In this document: positions 37,830 through 49,824 of the stretch, in pieces
Numbering within the stretch: position 1 is the first letter of the stretch
How the letters are laid out: each line of letters opens with the position of its first letter
Source: Scyliorhinus canicula
Taxonomy: Eukaryota
Length of the DNA: 64,000 nucleotides
Direction of reading: 5' to 3'
Assembly (NCBI RefSeq): GCF_902713615.1
Contig: NW_024055462.1
Coordinates: 562,132 to 626,131 of the forward strand
The notes under the pieces: generated by a model
The model's database searches: none
What the model saw: only the letters and a program-made list of their open reading frames with translations
What the model was told of the DNA's origin: nothing
Program-made: the position numbers and the translations under genes

Positions 37830-39050
37830 TTTCTGGTGGGCAAGGTGTAATGAGTGATGTGTCACATCCATCAGTGCTGGAGCCTCAACGTTTTACAATT
37901 TATATCAATGACTTTGATGATGGGACCAAAGGTATGCCCACTTAGTTTGCTGATGATGCAGTCAAAAAGGAAAAAGAGGTGGTGTTGCTCGGATAATAAG
38001 GGACGGCATCAGAACATTAGTAAGGGTGGATCTCAGATCAGGAATACAAAACCTGGAATATGTTTGGATGGAGCCAAGAAACAGCATGGGGCAGGAAACA
38101 TTGGTAAGAGCTGTTATAGGCCACCAAACAGTAGGGGTTGTGTGGGACATGGTATTAATCGGAGATTAGAGAAGCATGTAGCATGGGTAAAACATTAATG
38201 GATGACTTCAATTTGCAGATACACTGGGTAAACCTAATGGGCACTGATGCTGCTCAGGACAAGTTTCTGGAGTGTGTTAGGGACAGTTTTCTACAGCAGT
38301 AAGTTGAGGAACTGACTAGAGAACAGGCTTTTGCAGATCTAATATTATGCAATGATAAAGGGCTAATTGATAATCGCGCTGAAAACAATCTTTAGGGATG
38401 AGTGACCAGAATATTGAATCTGAGGTATTCCAATCCGAAGCCAGGGTATTAAGTTTGAAGGAAATTATGAAGGTAGAAGGGATAAATTAGCTGAGGTGGA
38501 TTGGGGTAAGTAAATTAAAATGTGTTACAGTCCACAGGCAATGGATACACTTTCAATAATTATTACACAGTTTACATTCCTTCAAGGCACAAGAACCCCA
38601 AAAGGTCAGAGAACCGTGACTACCAGAGGGAAATGAAATGAAAATCGCTTATTGTCACGAGTAGGCTTCAATGAAGTTACTGTGAAAAGCCCCTAGTCGC
38701 CACATTCCGGCGCCTGTCCGGGGAGGCTGGTACGGGAATCGAACCGTGCTGCTGGCCTGCTTTAAAAGCCAGCGAATTAGCTCAGTGAGCTAAACCAGCC
38801 CCTAGGAGTGAAGTTTTGTAAAAGATTGAAAGAAAAGGCCGATAATATTATCAGAAATAGGAATAAACCTGAGGATTGGGACGATTTTATAATAGAGCAA
38901 AGGACCAAGACACCGAGAAAGCGAGGGAGAATAGAATATGAATGTGAACCAGCAAACTACATAAAAATGGACGGTGGTAAAGGTTTCTATTTGCACGTAA
39001 AAAGGAAACGTTTGTCCGTTCCAGATAGAGTCAGGAGAATTTAGAATGAG
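37830..39050 (+). mobile_element. Highly degenerate CR1 fragments, interrupted by a SINE family C copy at 38632-38803 (-)
   Basis: FTIYINDFDD/FADD-like and endonuclease-like (YRPPNS) remnants. Confidence 0.65.
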
Positions 39051-39557
39051 GAATAGAGATCTCTACAGCCACCTTGTTCAACACTCTGGGATGTAGATCA
39101 TCAGCTTTTGGGTATTTATTCACTTCCAACTCCATTAATTTCTCGAGTACGAGTTTTTCACTAATTCTCATCTCTTACTGTTCCTTGTGCTCACGAGCCC
39201 CTTGGGTCTCTAGGGTTTGGGGGAAATTTTTGCATCTTCCTCCGTAAAGACAGACACACATTGTTCAGTTTCTCTGCCATTTCCTTACTCCCCAATATAA
39301 ACTCTCCTGTCTCTGTCTGGAATGGACCCACATTGGTCTTTGCTAATCTTTTCCTTTTCACATTCCTGTCGAAGCTTTTCCAGTTGGTTTTTATGTTTCT
39401 CCCCAGTTTACTCTCATCAGTTTCTTGATCCTCCTTTGCTGAATTCTAATGGATCTCATGGAATCTTTAACTTTTCTTGTTCGCCACGGTTGCATCACTT
39501 TTCCTGTTGGATTTTTATTCTTTAAAGGAATCTATATTTGTTGTATATTGTGAAATA

Positions 39558-39779
39558 AAAGTCACAAAATTCCCAGAGGACCATAGGCTGCTCTCGCCAT
39601 TGACAGAGAGAGAGCTGACTGGAGGTGATTTAACCCGAGGGTCAGCACATCACAGGCGAGGGGCCTGGTTGAGAAGTTTATTCATGAATAAACTCGGCCA
39701 GTCCGAGAGTTGAATCCTCACTGTTGGCCTTGCTCTGCATCACGAACCAGCCGTCCGGCCAACTGAGCTGACCGACCCC
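39558..39779 (-). mobile_element. tRNA-derived SINE family B
   Basis: Minus strand starts GGTCGGTCAGCTCAGTTGG (A-box-like); homologous to 55600-55795, with partial copies at ~34490-34580 and ~44295-44370. Confidence 0.75.
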
Positions 39780-40249
39780 CTGATAAATATGTAATAATTC
39801 CTTAAATATTAGGTATTCCCCGTACCAATCAGTTTCCCAGTCCACCTCAGACAACTTGCCCCTCATACCCTGATAGTTTTCTTCTGTGAGGAACACCCAG
39901 ATAAATTATACAAAAGAACCATGTAACCACCAGGGTCCATCTCCATGGCAACATGGCATGCTTTGGGGGGGGGTTCCAAACAGAAATGGAAACAAACTAT
40001 CTTCAAACTTCCAAACACCCTTTCACTCTGTGATCCTTGTGCAATTTGAAGCCAGGTATTAGCAACAAGGCTCAAAGAGCATCAGCCCACTGGAGGCAAA
40101 GTAGTGAGACCAGCCAGTCCAGCAGAAAGAAACCCTCCGACCATCCCCACTGACCACCTGTCAGAATGAACAAAATGCAGTCCTGGCTGTAGAGCAGAAA
40201 CAATAACAGCAGAATCCAACCCCTGTAATCGATTGTGAAATTGTTGGTG

Positions 40250-41068
40250 TCACAGGAGGTGTGGTGAAACATGCAATCCCGTCTCACATTGAGAGGTGGA
40301 TGGCGTCTCCCCAGTATGAACTCGCTGGTGTCTCCGCAGGGTGAATAAACGAGTAAATCCTTTCCCACACTGAGAGCAGATCAATGGCCTCTCCCCAGTG
40401 TGAACTCGCTGGTGTGACTGCAGGTGAGATAACCGAGTGAATCCCTTCCCACACCGAGAGCAGGTGAATGGCCTCTCCCCAGTCTGAACTCGCTGGTGTG
40501 TCCGCAGGTGAGATAATTGAGTAAATCCTTGCCCACACTGAGAGCAGGTGAATGGCCTCTCCCCAGTGTGAACTCGCTGGTGTCTCCGCAGGTTGGATAC
40601 TTCAGCAAATCCTTTCCCACATTGAGAGCAGGTGAACGGCCTCTCCCCAGTGTGAACTCGCTGGTGTGACTGCAGGTTGAATACTCGAGTAAATCCTTTC
40701 CCACACTGAGGACAGGTGAATGGCCTCTCCCCAGTGTGAACTCGCAGGTGTCTCTGCAGGTGATATAATTGAGTAAATCCCTTCCCACACTGGGAGCAGG
40801 TGAATGGCTTCTCCCCAGTGTGAATTCGCTGATGTGTCTGCAGGGTGGATAACCGAATAAATCCCTTCCCACACTTTGAGCAGGTGAATGGCCTCTCCCC
40901 AGTGTGAACTCGCTGGTGTGTCTGCAGACTGGAGAACTGAGTAAATCCCTTCCCACACTGGGAGCAGGAGAACGGCCTCTCCCCGGTGTGACTGCGTTGA
41001 TGAATTTCCAGCTGAGATGGGACTCTGAATCCCTTCCCACAATCCCCACATTTCCACGGTTTCTCCAT
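40250..41068 (-). CDS. C2H2 zinc-finger gene G (MEKPW type), 272 aa, 9 fingers (finger 7 lacks its last His)
   Basis: Uninterrupted ORF from ATG 41068; stop falls inside a degenerate 10th finger; acceptor TTCCAG|G at 41417. Confidence 0.85.
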   Translation of the reverse strand: MEKPWKCGDCGKGFRVPSQLEIHQRSHTGERPFSCSQCGKGFTQFSSLQTHQRVHTGERPFTCSKCGKGFIRLSTLQTHQRIHTGEKPFTCSQCGKGFTQLYHLQRHLRVHTGERPFTCPQCGKGFTRVFNLQSHQRVHTGERPFTCSQCGKGFAEVSNLRRHQRVHTGERPFTCSQCGQGFTQLSHLRTHQRVQTGERPFTCSRCGKGFTRLSHLQSHQRVHTGERPLICSQCGKGFTRLFTLRRHQRVHTGETPSTSQCETGLHVSPHLL

Positions 41069-42199
41069 GTTTTGGGTCTCCTCACGTCTCTCCAGGTTGG
41101 ACAATCAGTTGAAGCCTCATCCACAACATGGGTACGGTCTCTCCTCACTCTGAATGTTATGTTTTTCAGGCTGTGTAACTGGTTAAAGCTCTTTCCACAG
41201 TCAGTTCACTGGAACTCTCTCACTCGGGTTGTGTTTTGTGGGTCTCGGTGCTTTTCCAGTCACACTAATGGTTGAAATGTTTAGCTAACAGTTCGGGTAA
41301 ACATTTCTCCTTCTAGATTGAAAGCCCGATGGTATTCAGGTTTCAAGGAAGGGATGGCTGTCAGATCGGGACGTAACATTTGAGATTTCTAGCTGTAATT
41401 CCTCCTTGTCTAATATCCTGGAAGAAACAATTTACAAAATTCATCACTGTCAGTACAGGATTGAAACTCAGAACAGACAATGCTAGTTTCTATGTCACAT
41501 TGTTTCCTCTCTCTTATTCCCTGAGAGCTGTAAATCTCCATCCCACACAATCTCCCTCCATTCTCACTCTGCCGTATCTAATATTCACCCTCCCAATTCT
41601 CCTGAAGGTGCTGATTCATGTTGATTAACAAATCCAAACTCACAGCTTCCTGTCCAGGAGATCATAACAAATATGAGTTGCAGTCGGCCATTCGGCCCAT
41701 TGAAGCTGAACCATTCAATGGGATCCTTAGCCGATCTACCTCAGCACCATTTTCCCACACTATCCCCATATCCCTCGACATCTTCAATATCCAGAAACTT
41801 GTCAATCTGTGTCTTGAACATACTTGACGACTGAAGCTGCAGAATCCTCAGAGGTAGAGAATTCCAAAGCTTCACCACATCCTCGAGTGAAGAAATCCCT
41901 CCCACCGGAATGGGATTAGCTTGTTTTCCGCAGGTTCTGGTGCCACTGACCTATGATCTGTCACTTATCCTGATTGCCTGGCACTCATCTACCTAATCCT
42001 TGAATTAATATTTGTTATCATGTCCCTGGAAGACTTCAGGGTTCGGTCTGGAAGGATTATGCTGTAAAAAGTGAAGAAATGCGCTGATAAAACAGCGCAG
42101 GTGGATTCAGCGGGAATGAAGCCGCCTTTTCAACAATGCGGCCTGACCCTCAGGAGGTCTCACGATCCCGCGCTCTCTGGGGCTCTCTCAAGAGGTGGC

Positions 42200-42960
42200 G
42201 AAAATGATGACTGCCGACATTATCCGTGTTACTGACCAGAGGCGGAGTGTGCTGACTCAATATCTGTGAGCTCATGAGGCCCAGCTGCAAAACACCAGGA
42301 AGAGGCTCGATGATCCGGAGGAGAGAATCCTGAACATTCAGCAAGATGCCTCCTCAACGGAGGCAAGAATTCAATCCTTTGAGAACCAGCCGAGTGGCTG
42401 GCGGAGGTCCTAGAGGATTTGGAGAACCGAGTGTCGGAGAAAGAACATCCGAGTTGACGGCCTGTCAGAAGGTGTGGATGGTAAGGCTCCCGTTAGTTCT
42501 TCGAGGACCGGAAGCCACGTTTTCTCAAGCTGGATGTGAAGCCTGGGTGTTTCAAATTGGAAAGGATGTATCGTATCCTGTCTCTGAGGCTGAGGGATAG
42601 TTTTCATCCCAGGCCTATAATCATTCACTTCCACAACTGGAAAGATCGCCAGAATGTCCTGGAGAGGGAACGGTGAGGTGGCGTCTGGCTCCAGGAGAGA
42701 GGGACGATTCAGGACTTTCGTCAGCAACACAAACGAAGCGTTGAGGCTTCGATGAAGTTCAAAGGCAGCTCAAGCCTGTGGGTCGTGAATTATGTCAGGC
42801 TTTATCCTGAGACCCAAAAAATGGTATCCAACAACTCCATCAAGTCTTTCAATAATCCAACTATCGCCTTGGCCTTCATTAAATCCATGAAGGGCCAGGA
42901 TCTGGAGGGATGGTTTGCAGCTCGGACTAACTCAGGTTCTAATCCGAACTCTTTCCCTGT
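42200..42960 (+). mobile_element. Degenerate L1 ORF1-like relic
   Basis: GATTTGGAGAACCGAG..AAGAACATCCGAGTT..GGCCTG..GAAGG (DLENR..NIRV.GL.EG motif, frameshifted). Confidence 0.6.
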
Positions 42961-44389
42961 CATGGTATACTATCTTTTTTAAATTTAGTGTACCCAATTC
43001 ATTTTTTTTCCAATTAAGGGGCAATTTAGTGTGGCCAATCCACCTAGCCTGCACATTTTTGGGTTGTGGGGCCGAAACCCACGCAGACATGGGGAGAATG
43101 TGCAAACTCCACACGGACAGTGACCCTGAGCCGGGATCGAACCTGGGTCCTCGGCGCCGTGAGGCTGCAAGGCTAACCCCACTGCGCCACCGTGCTGCCC
43201 CTGTCATATTATTGTCTGTATTTCAGAATTACAGAAATACACATAGGGACAGGAGTAGGCCATTCAGCCCCTCGAATCTGTCCTGCCATTTAGTGAGATC
43301 ATGGCTGATCTGTGATCTAACTCCATATCCATTAATATCTTTGCTTAACAAAACTCTACCTCAGATTTAAACTTAACAACTGATGCAACTTCACCTGCTG
43401 TTTGTGGGAAAGAGTTTCAAACCTCTCCCACCCTGTGTGTGAAGAAGTTCTTCCGAACATCTCTCCTGAACGGTCAAGCCCTAATTTTTAGACAATGATC
43501 CCTACTTTTGGAATCTCCAACCAGTGGAAATAGTTTATCTTTATCTACCCTGTCTTTCCCTGTTAATATCTTAAATACTTCAATCAGATCACACCTTAAC
43601 CTTCTAAATTCTACGGATCACAGGCCGAATTTATGGTTAAAACTTTGGGTAAGAGCCACTGCAATCTCTCCCTCACCTCCCACAGCATCCTGGGACACAA
43701 TTCATCCAGAATTAATAATCTAATAATCTTCTGGGCGGCACGGTAGCATAGTGGTTAGCACTGTGGCTTCACAGCATCAGGGACTTGGGTTCGATTCCCG
43801 GCTTCGGAGTCTGCACGTTCTCCCCGTGTCTGCGTGGGTTTCCTCCACGTGCTCCGATTTCCTCCAACAAGTCCGGAAAGATGAGTTTGTTAGATGAATT
43901 GGACATTTTGAATTCTTCCTCGGCGTACCTGAACAGAAGAGTGGGGGATTTTCACAGCAACTTCATTGCAGTGTTAATGTAAGCCTACTTGTGACACTAA
44001 TATTAAAGATTATTATGAATGGGCCAAAGGGCCTCTGTCTGTGCTGTAAAGAGAGGGAATGAATGAGAAGGACTTTACAGAGAAACTGGCAAAGCCACAA
44101 CATTCACCAGCTCTAAGGACAGACCTTAGCTCCCTTCCCGATCTGAAACCAGCCTGAGCTGGATTTACATTCCCCTTAATTCATCATTGCTGGGTGATAA
44201 TCCTGTACTTCCTTACCTCACACCACTGTGACAGCACCTTCACTACATAGACTGCAGCAACTGACCAAACATCACCTTCCCAGTTATTCCTGAAGGCACC
44301 GCCTTCCCAACCTGGCCCCTTGCCTGAGGTGTGGTGATCCTCAGGTCACATCACCGCCGGTCAGCTCTCTCTCCCGGGACCAGGCCCTG

Positions 44390-44520
44390 CGTCACAGCCG
44401 CCATCTTGGTTCACCGGGGAAGCAGAGCGCATGCTCTGGCGTCTTGGTGATGCAACAGCTGGTGGGCGGGACCTGAAGGTTTCTGTTCCCAGCCGGGTCC
44501 TAGTGATCGGGTCATATAAA
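44390..44520. promoter_or_regulatory. NRF1/YY1 promoter between ZNF G (-) and relic H (+)
   Basis: GCCGCCATCTT (reverse YY1) 44397-44407, GCGCATGC 44427-44434, GGGCGGG ~44465. Confidence 0.55.
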
Positions 44521-46253
44521 CGTCAACAGGTTTTTAAGACCTTTCACCCACTCCCAGGCTGCAGCTGATGTTTGTAGCCTGGAGGTGTCTATGGATCACG
44601 TAGACATTCAGTGTGAGAGGCTGCAGCCTCTATATAGCTACCTGAAGGGGGTTATACAACGGTTGATTACATTTCGTGGTCCTTTCCCGTCCAATATCAG
44701 GATGTTTGTGTGATATTTTCTGACCCTCAGCGTGATATTTCTTTATTTAAAATACAGTTCAGCAGCAGGCTTACTGGTGATTTTTAAAGGAATAAAGGTT
44801 ATTTATTATCACAATCTTTCCCTGGATGTTTGAGCATCTAAGTCTCTCGGCTCTTTCACTCACTGACATAGACAGAAATTAGATACAGATCAAGTTGAAG
44901 CTGTGATGATGAAAATGGAATGTAGACTGCAATCTTTATATCGCTGCAGGTCTGATGTCTTCTTATTGAGCTGATCCTTTCATTGGAGTGAAGCGTTTTT
45001 AGAAACAAATAATTCTCATGAGTCTCTGAAGCTTCTTATAAGACATAGGAGCAGAGTTAGGCCATTTGGCCCATCGAGTCTGCTCCGCCATTCAATCATG
45101 GTTTATATTGTTTCATCCCCATTCCCCTGCCTTCTCCCCATAACCCGTGATCCCCTTATTAATAAAAAAACCTATCTATCTCTGACTTAAAGACACTCAG
45201 TGAATTGGCCGCCACAGCCTTCTGCGGCAAAGTGTTCCACAGATTCGCCACCCTCTGGCTGAAGAAATTCCTCCTCATCTCTGTTTCAAAGGATCATCCC
45301 TTTAGTATGAGATGGTGTCCTCTGGTTCTAATTTTTGATGCAAGTGGAAACATCCTCTCCATGTCCACTCTATCTAGGCCTCGCAGTATCTTGTAAGTTT
45401 CAATAAGATCCCCTCTCATCCTTCTAACCCCCAACGAGTTCGGACCCAAACGTTCTTGTAGATGAAAAGCCAGGAGGTTGGGTCTGAGGTGGGCTTGGAA
45501 GCTGGAATAAGTTCAGTCCTGTGGCTGCATTGGGAGACATTCAGCTCTGCTGGTTCAGCTGGTTCCTGGTGTTTCAGATGCTCCTCACACACACATTTGC
45601 TTTGTTCAGGGTTTATTATAATACATCCCTGACAATTAACTATAGGGTTAAAACTCTGAGATCCAGAACACCCCGATGCAATAGCAGTTTACGATGCTCA
45701 CTCATGCTTATCTCTGTATCAATTCAAGTTCATTCTCCTCAAATGCTGGTTCATCCTGACACAACGAGACATTTAAACTTCACAGGTGGCTGCAAAGTTT
45801 CCTTATTCAGGTCCGTGTTTAACTAAATATTGGTCACAGTAACTTCATTGCAATGTTAATGTAAGCCTACTTGTGACAATAAAGATTATTATTATGCAGG
45901 TGTGTGAGTGGTTACTCTGGCTGCCGACTTCTGTTCCGTGGTCTTGTCTATTCCCAGTGGCCCTGAAGAGGGAGCATGTGGTATCCACCGGAATGTTTGA
46001 TGCCTTCCACACCCAGTGGATACCTCAGCGGACAGAGTGTTTCAGAGACACTGGGAACAATATTCTGGTTCAGTTAGGAAGGTTCCCTACACTTTTGTTG
46101 GGGCTTCTGGCTGATTTTGGTCTTTTATTTTTGACTGGACTACATGCTTGGGGAAAACAAGAGAAGAAAGAAGGTTCGATAGAAACTAGAATGATATGTT
46201 GTGAATTTCTATCCCATTCTTACAGTGATCATTTTTGTAGCCTTCTATTTCAG

Positions 46254-46505
46254 GCATTAGAACGGAAGGATTGGCAGCTGGGCAACTGGAACCAAATATA
46301 ACATCGAGATCTGACAGTCACTCAATTCATTAGGATCTAAATATCACAAACTGTCAATGTGTATGTCTGTTCTGACTGTGGGAAGAGATTTCAAACATCA
46401 GTGTGACTGGAAAAGCCCCGAGATTCACACACACCTGAGGGAGAGAGTTCCAGTGAACTGGCTGTGGAAAGAGCTTTAACCAGTTACACAGCCTGAAAAA
46501 TCATC
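46254..46505 (+). pseudogene. ZNF relic H: acceptor and dead-finger leader, truncated by a CR1 fragment, converging on the IgM 3' end
   Basis: TTTCAG|G acceptor; CAGTGTGACTGGAAAAG..TTCCAGTGAACTGGCTGTGGAAAGAGCTTTAACCAGTTACACAGCCTG as in genes A and G; CR1-like sequence ~46510-46640. Confidence 0.75.
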
Positions 46506-46889
46506 TTGTTTCATCTTGTGGGAGAGTCTAGGACCAGAGGGCATAATCTAAGAATAAGGGATCTCAGATTTAGGAAAGCGATGAGGAGACATTCTTCCAT
46601 CAGAGGGGAGTGAATCTGTGGAATTCTTCAGCTGTGAAATCATTCTGTCTCTGTTGTTTACCATAAATAGGCAGAGATTAAGTTGGCTTTACCCCGATGG
46701 GCCGCTTGGTGGCGCAGTGGCTCTTCCACTGAGGGGCCTTGAGTTCAGACACATCCCAGACAGGCCTGGTGAGAAATATCTGTCTGGGAAACGGGAGAAA
46801 ACTGTATAATCGGGGAAAAGGATCAGTTCCGATGGACCTTAGAGAAAGGAGTTCAGATTAGTCTTATTTTCTTCATTTTTCATTCAATG

Positions 46890-46930
46890 TTTATTAAAAT
46901 TTCAGCGGTAATATTACACAAAAGTTTATT
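46890..46930 (-). terminator. Candidate polyadenylation signals for membrane IgM mRNA
   Basis: AATAAA on the minus strand at 46890-46895 and 46925-46930, ~400 nt after the TM2 stop. Confidence 0.5.
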
Positions 46931-47336
46931 TTGTTTACAAAAGGGAACATAACGATTGAGTGTCACACTGAGAACAGAACTCATGCCCTCTGAGCTGCCA
47001 AATGTATGTACAACTGTAACAGACACAAGAAAGAGAGAACAGGAGCTCAACATAAAGGGAAGGCAACTGTTGTAAATAAGGTACGAGACAAGTTACTTAT
47101 TTCGACATGACATTGAAAGAAATTACTAGCTACAAATACATTACAGCCAAAATTATCTCGTACATTTTAAACTGAAAAGCAGAAATACTGTCCATGATTG
47201 TCTCAGTTACAGATGCAGAATAATAAACTGAGAGAATTTTACTGTTAGAGTCACCAAGAGGAGATATTGTATTTCTGTCACACACAGATCATAATAAACA
47301 GCTGAGGGAAATCTACAGCGTCCGAACGTCAACCGA

Positions 47337-47345
47337 TCACTTGAT
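47337..47345 (-). CDS. IGHM: IgM heavy chain TM2 exon (coding part: I-K-stop)
   Basis: Polypyrimidine acceptor TTTTCTCTCTCTTTTACAG|ATC AAG TGA, phase 0 matching TM1. Confidence 0.8.
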   Translation of the reverse strand: MK

Positions 47346-47483
47346 CTGTAAAAGAGAGAGAAAATGATGAAGCAGATGTTTATGATCTGGGACATTGATG
47401 TTAGAGTTTTTAATCAATCAAACATTTAGGGGTTTTAAACGGCTTCTGTCAGTTTGAAGTGTGAGTGGATTGAATCTTCTCAC

Positions 47484-47611
47484 CTTCACCAGAGTGACTG
47501 CAGCGCTGTAGGAAATGCTCAGGAAGAACAGGGTGATGAATGTGGAAGCGGTTGTCCAGATGTTGCCGTTATCATCCTCATTGTCTTCAGTCCAGGTGTG
47601 GTCTGTGGTAT
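47484..47611 (-). CDS. IGHM: IgM heavy chain TM1 exon (DTTDHTWTEDNEDDNGNIWTTASTFITLFFLSISYSAAVTLVK)
   Basis: Antigen-receptor TM (CART-type) motif; acceptor CCCGTAG|A, donor AAG|GTGAGA; in phase with the CH4 internal donor at 51177. Confidence 0.9.
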
Positions 47612-47949
47612 CTACGGGATAGAGCCAAATAAATATAATCAGATTGTTTGTTAATACACGTTTTGTTTTTAATATTCTCGTTTCATTTTCTCCCGCTGCT
47701 AATTCATTCTTTAATATATTTGTCATTGCATATCTACTGTTGAGTTCATGACACTCAGAAATCGATCTCTGTAACTTTTTTCTTCTAATTAAGGGGCAAG
47801 TTAGCATGGCCAATCCACCTACCCTGCACATCATTGGGTTGTGGGGGTGAGACCCACGGGTCACGGAGAAACTCCACAGGGACACAGACCCAGGAGCGGG
47901 ATCGTGAGGCAGCAGTGCTAACCATTGCGTCACCATGCCGCCCTTGCCT

Positions 47950-49330
47950 GACGTTTGTGTTTGTTCTTTAGCTTTTGTGTCTGTGTGGATGCGAAATTCG
48001 TGTTTCTTTACTCTTCATTTGTGTGTCCCGATGTCTTTATAAGTGTCATTGTGTGTGTTCGTGTGTCAATGAGTATTGATCTGTGTATTTGTGTGTCAGA
48101 GCCTGTATGTAAATTTATCTTACGTCAATGTGTATTTATGAGTGTTTTATTGTGTGCGTTTGTGTGTTGAAATCTATGTTTATATATTAATGCCTGTGTT
48201 AAAATAAGTTTATACTTCCCTGCCCAGTAATAAAAATGTTAATGTGTCTTTATACGTTCAACATGCATGTCATTGTCTTAATGTTTGTGTCTGGATAAGT
48301 ACGTTTGTGTGTGTGTGTGTTTGTTGATACGTGTATTTCATCATAGAATCATCATCGGATAATCCCGACTGTGCCGAACGAGGCTATTCGGCCCATTGAG
48401 TCTGCACCGACCCTCCGAAAGAGCACTCTGCCTGGACGCATGCCCCTGCCCTGTCCCCAGAACATCGTAACCCCACCTAACGTTGTGGGCACTAAGGGGT
48501 AATATAGCCTGGCCAATCCACCGAACCTGCACATCTTTGGACTGTGGGAGGTAACCGGAGCCCCCGGAGGAAACAGGAACAGACACGGGAGAACGTGGAA
48601 ACTCCACACAGACAATCACCCAAGGCTGGAATTGAACCCGGGTTTATGGCGCTGTGAGGCAGCAGTGCTATTTATTCGTTGATGGCTGTTTATAACTATC
48701 TATTGATGTGTATTGATGATTCTATGTGTGTTCATATGTGTTCGTGTTAGCGTGTGTACGAGTCTGCTAATATGTGTCTACGTGTGTCCATAAGTGTGTT
48801 ACTGTGGATTATTGTCTCTGAATGGAAATATTTCTGTCATCGTGAAATTCTGCTAATGTACATGTTATTGGTTACATTTGTGTTTAATATTCTTCTGACA
48901 GTCTGCTTGTCTGGTTTTATATGTTTGTGTATCTGTGTGGACATGTGTCTGTTTGTGTACATTTGTGTAGCCGCTTGTGTGTGTGGATTAGTGTGTGTAT
49001 GTGTGGATGTGGGCGTGTGCCTGTCTCTGTATAAATGTGTGTTTGTTTGTGTTTATGTGCATGTTTGTGAATTTTTGCGCGCCTTTGCGTGTGTTTTTGT
49101 GTCAAAATATGTGTGGTTCGTTGTGCCTGGGTGTATGTTTATGCATGTGTTTCTATGTGTGTGTCCATGTGTGTGTTTGTGTCTACGTGTGAGCGTGTGT
49201 GTGTTTGTGGGTCTGTGTGCATGTATGTGTAGTGTCTGTCTTTATCTGTCTGTGTATTTGTATCAGCTGCCTGTAGCTTTGCCAGTTGTGGGTATTATTG
49301 ATACCGATGTAGAATATGTTGAACTTTCTG
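47950..49330. repeat. Degenerate (TG)-rich low-complexity tract with an embedded SINE A at ~48340-48670 (-)
   Basis: Direct reading; explains the Cys/Val-rich pseudo-ORFs. Confidence 0.85.
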
Positions 49331-49824
49331 CATATAAATGTGTTTTCTGTGAGTTACAAGCTGACATCAGATGACCTAATGCAAAAATACCAGGAGGTGC
49401 CTCAGGAGAGAACAGTGAAAACCCAGGGAGAATTCAATCACCATCTGGATTTGGATTCTGGTGAATCGGTCTCAGCATACGGATAAGAGGAACGAGGGTG
49501 CTAAAAAATTCTGTTGCATAAATAGATACTTTAAGAACATCTTTATCATGATGGTCTTTTAAACCCTTCAGCCAGTGAGCTACATGCCGTCTTGTAATGT
49601 CAGTAACTGAGTTCTTAGACTAGAGAACTGTTTACTTCCAAACTCCCTGCTTGGAGACCGGGAAGTTATTGAGTTAATAATCTCCCTCTCTCTGGTCAGC
49701 TCAGCAAAGTGCCTTTGGATTCTCCCTGTTGGAGGTGGAGATACAGAGAGTTCACTCATAACCTTCCTCCTCTTTTGGTCGGGAACGTGGAGGGAAAATG
49801 GGTTATTATTGCCCTTTGCTCTCT

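Noticed and set aside
41161-41230. Conserved TGA at a zinc-ligand Cys position in ZNF leaders as selenocysteine recoding
   Set aside because: The leader has other TGAs at non-Cys positions and copy-specific frameshifts (CA-run length in A, indels in G), so no continuous frame is maintained; I did not identify a SECIS.
47418-47936. 172-aa single ORF covering TM1
   Set aside because: Chance read-through from a SINE and intron into the real TM1 exon (47484-47611), which has proper splice sites.
48754-49374. 206-aa Cys/Val-rich ORF resembling a membrane protein
   Set aside because: Translation of a degenerate (TG)n tract.
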